Part shown: in pieces, positions 61,401 to 64,000 of the stretch
Numbering within the stretch: position 1 is the first letter of the stretch
How the letters are laid out: every line of letters begins with the position of its first letter
NCBI GenBank assembly: GCA_035084275.1
Contig: CM068758.1
Coordinates: 372,001 to 436,000, forward strand
Reading direction: 5' to 3'
Source: Hydrolagus colliei
Taxonomy: Eukaryota
DNA: 64,000 nt
Program-made: the position numbers and the translations under genes
The notes under the pieces: generated by a model
The model's database searches: none
Told to the model about the DNA's origin: nothing
The model's input: only the letters and a program-made list of their open reading frames with translations

Positions 61401-64000
61401 AGCCAAACAGATCCCACTACTGTACCTGACCTCCTTAAACTTAGATCTTGGCCACATCAACAACAAAGAGTGGCTACCGAGTCAGGTGAGTGAATCGGCC
61501 TGTTACTTTTTTCCAAAGTAAAATAGCCGAATACAGTCCGAACGAATATTGTTGTGGTGGGTTAGTAATCCCACGTCTCTTCAATCCAAAGTTGCTCCAC
61601 TGAGTTGAGAGAACCTGAAGGATAGTTGACGGCCTGAATTTAAACATTTCCAATGATTTCTCCCACAGGCCGCGGTGTTTTTTGAAAATATTGTCCGGAA
61701 GAACAAATTTTTTGACACGTAAGTAATATTTATTCAGAATCTACATATAAAAGAGGTTTAAATCTTATGTTTAAGCGCTATGTCAATGCAAGTTGTTGTT
61801 GTTCAATACGTTAAGGTAGCTCCCGAAGTTGTGATGAGCAAGGCTTTCTAAGAGTAAATGGAATGATTTCTGGTGCAGTTTGTTTCTTCCTAGAATGAAG
61901 TGAAGGGTGTGAATTAACACTGATTTGTTTGCGTAGCTTTTCACCTTCTGTGCTGCGAGGCTTCAGCTGTGGGGCAGTCAAGACCCTGAATTCTACTGAC
62001 TTCACTCAGCTGATTCAAGTATTGAAGTACAAGCGGGTCAAACTTGATGAAAGTCAGGTAAGACTGTTTGCTGAAATTGTACGAGAGAGAGAAATGTTTC
62101 ATTGCATTTGGGTTCACTTTCCTTTGTTTATTGGTGAGTTTGAGCCAGGAGTAATTGTTATAGACAGTCCTTTGGGAATTATTACTCTGTTGTGTCAACC
62201 CCTCCACAAAAGTACTCCAGGTTCTGCTGGAATTGATGTCCTCGTTCAGGTAGCCTTTAACAATTGGTTTGCTCTCTCACGTTACAGCTCAGTTGCATAT
62301 TCTTTCGACTAAAATCGGATGAAATAGAGGTCGAGGTAGACGAGGTCCCGGAGGATGTTCTGCTGTATTTCAAGTAAGTATTTGTCTTTTGTACATACAA
62401 CCATAAAAGGATGAGAAGTGGAAACCAATTCTGCTTCGCTGGAGACTGGTCCTCCCGTCTACTGACAGAAGGAATACTGTTTTTAAAGAATAGGCAACAT
62501 ATATTTTACCCCAAAGCCTCACACCATTTAAGTATTAAAGATATATTTATATCCACTTGTTTTAGCTCTGCAGAATTCAAAACAACTCCAGAGTGCAAGA
62601 AATTCTTCAAGGCTGTTGGAAAATCGAACATTAATGCCTTACCAAAGGGATTAGGAAGATACCAATTGTTGCAGAACGCTAAAACCTGCTTGGTAAGAAC
62701 GGATCTTATTTGGTCTTCTGCTATGCTTTTGATTACAGAATCTGTTGTTCAATACAAAGATACTTAAATGGATTGAATTTACTGTACAGACATCATGTGG
62801 AAATGGTCCAGTGACCGTTGTAACTGTTGAATTATTCTCTCATAACCTTAGGGTATTCGTGAAGGAAGTCTGACAGAAGACAATGTAGAAACATTAGGTG
62901 CTTTGGTCTGTGATCTCGATGGGGCCTCTATCAAGACGTCTCATGTTTCCATTTTGGAGCAATTAAAGCATTGCGTTTCATACACTGAAAGTCAAAAGTC
63001 AGTGATTGAAGCTGTACTCAACAACAAGACAACCAGATACGGGTATGTTTGGAGCTGATTTCCTTTAGATTTCTTGGAGAACCAATATCAGCAGGGTTTC
63101 GATCTAGAGCTTGGAATAGTTCCTCTCAATCCGCTGCCTGCTGCACTTGTCATTTGCACGCATCCTAAATGGGACTCCCATTGTATTTGCTGTTTGACAA
63201 TAACCTTATTTCATTGAGACGTTGAGAGCCTTGACCTGAGTGTTAGTGTATGGCCTGGAATACTGGACAAATGACAGGGATTATTTCCTTGTAGTTTCTC
63301 CAGGAGATGAGATTTAGATTGGAAACCTCTGATTGGAGATGTGTGAATTCTAGTGAGAAACTGCGCTCAAAATACTTATTGGTGAACTTTTTGTTTGAAT
63401 ACAGTCTACCTTCATCATGGACCTCATTGTCGTTGACTGACCTTGGAAACCTACCTTTGGCTTTCACCTTCACATGGAGAAGTGTAAACTTGGTGAGTTT
63501 CAACTGGTAAAGAATTCTTTCAGATGAAGTTAAGGGTAAAAGTAACTTTCTTTTCCAAAGTATTTTGCATGCTGCTTTACACATTGGAATATGTTGTGGT
63601 AAACAGTGTTACTCTGTAAACTGGATTTGTCTGTAGTTGACGCTTTATTGGGTTAATTAATCTCTTTGAGGTACTGACTATATTCTACCTTGCAGCCTGC
63701 CTTGAAATATGCCCTCCCAAGATTTCTCAAGAGATTGAAAACTACCAACTCACCGAATGCTGTCCTGGGATTCATCAATCAGTTGAAGTTGCACGCAAAC
63801 GTTACAGAAAGTATGTCATTTTCTTACAGGATTGGTTAAAGAAATAACATTGTGTGTGTGTGTGTATATATATATACGTGTGTGCAGTGTACAAATGGAT
63901 GTTATATGTAACAAACTGTTGTGTTTGCAGCCTGTACAAATCTCAAAGCGGTCGACATTGATGAGCTAACCCCTGTTAAATATGATGCTACCCAGTTACA
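58444..64000 (+). CDS. Mesothelin-family giant protein, repeat unit 3 (exons 1-15, cut by the window end; coordinates +23,802)
   Basis: Same exons as unit 1. The last partial exon starts at 63931 (CTNLKAVDIDELTPVKYDATQL...). Confidence 0.86.

Larger units (their letters stand above)
34353..64000 (+). repeat. Near-perfect tandem array, period 11,901 bp, about 2.5 units (~34353-46251, ~46252-58152, 58153->64000)
   Basis: ORFs recur at +11,901 and +23,802 (e.g. 35157/47058/58959). By eye I found only two internal substitutions (41951 C vs 53852 T; 37162/49063 C vs 60964 T, both intronic) plus small differences in the first ~150 bp beside the gap. Confidence 0.98.

Noticed and set aside
34353-64000. 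Array as tandem independent mesothelin-like genes, a large transposon, an endogenous virus or rDNA
   Set aside because: No intergenic space, start/signal exon or terminal exon in any unit (largest intron about 560 bp). No transposase, RT, LTR or rRNA sequence. The exons tile the whole unit in one frame.

Overview
Vertebrate nuclear DNA; a cartilaginous fish (possibly a holocephalan) is my inference from the repeat types and protein style. Left half: the last four coding exons of RNF216 (+ strand, RBR E3 ligase), whose C-terminus has an unusual His/Pro-rich extension, lie tail-to-tail with the last exon and about 2.8 kb 3'UTR of FSCN1 (- strand). FSCN1 is cut by a 200-N gap (34153-34352). Right half: about 2.5 copies of a near-perfect 11,901-bp tandem repeat. 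By manual splicing, each unit has 32 GT-AG exons (4,284 nt, 1,428 codons) with compatible phases, no stop, no signal peptide and no GPI signal, and it splices in frame into the next unit. Each unit encodes three roughly 190-aa sub-repeats, a spacer region and a complete mesothelin-like region. The best candidate novel system is therefore one giant, heavily N-glycosylated 'poly-mesothelin' protein (at least about 3,490 aa within the window) built from whole-gene-sized modules, possibly with an intronic stop/poly(A) exit at the end of each module. The copy number and the placement next to FSCN1 could be assembly artefacts and need read-level validation. Most ORFs in the supplied track are spurious or are exon fragments.
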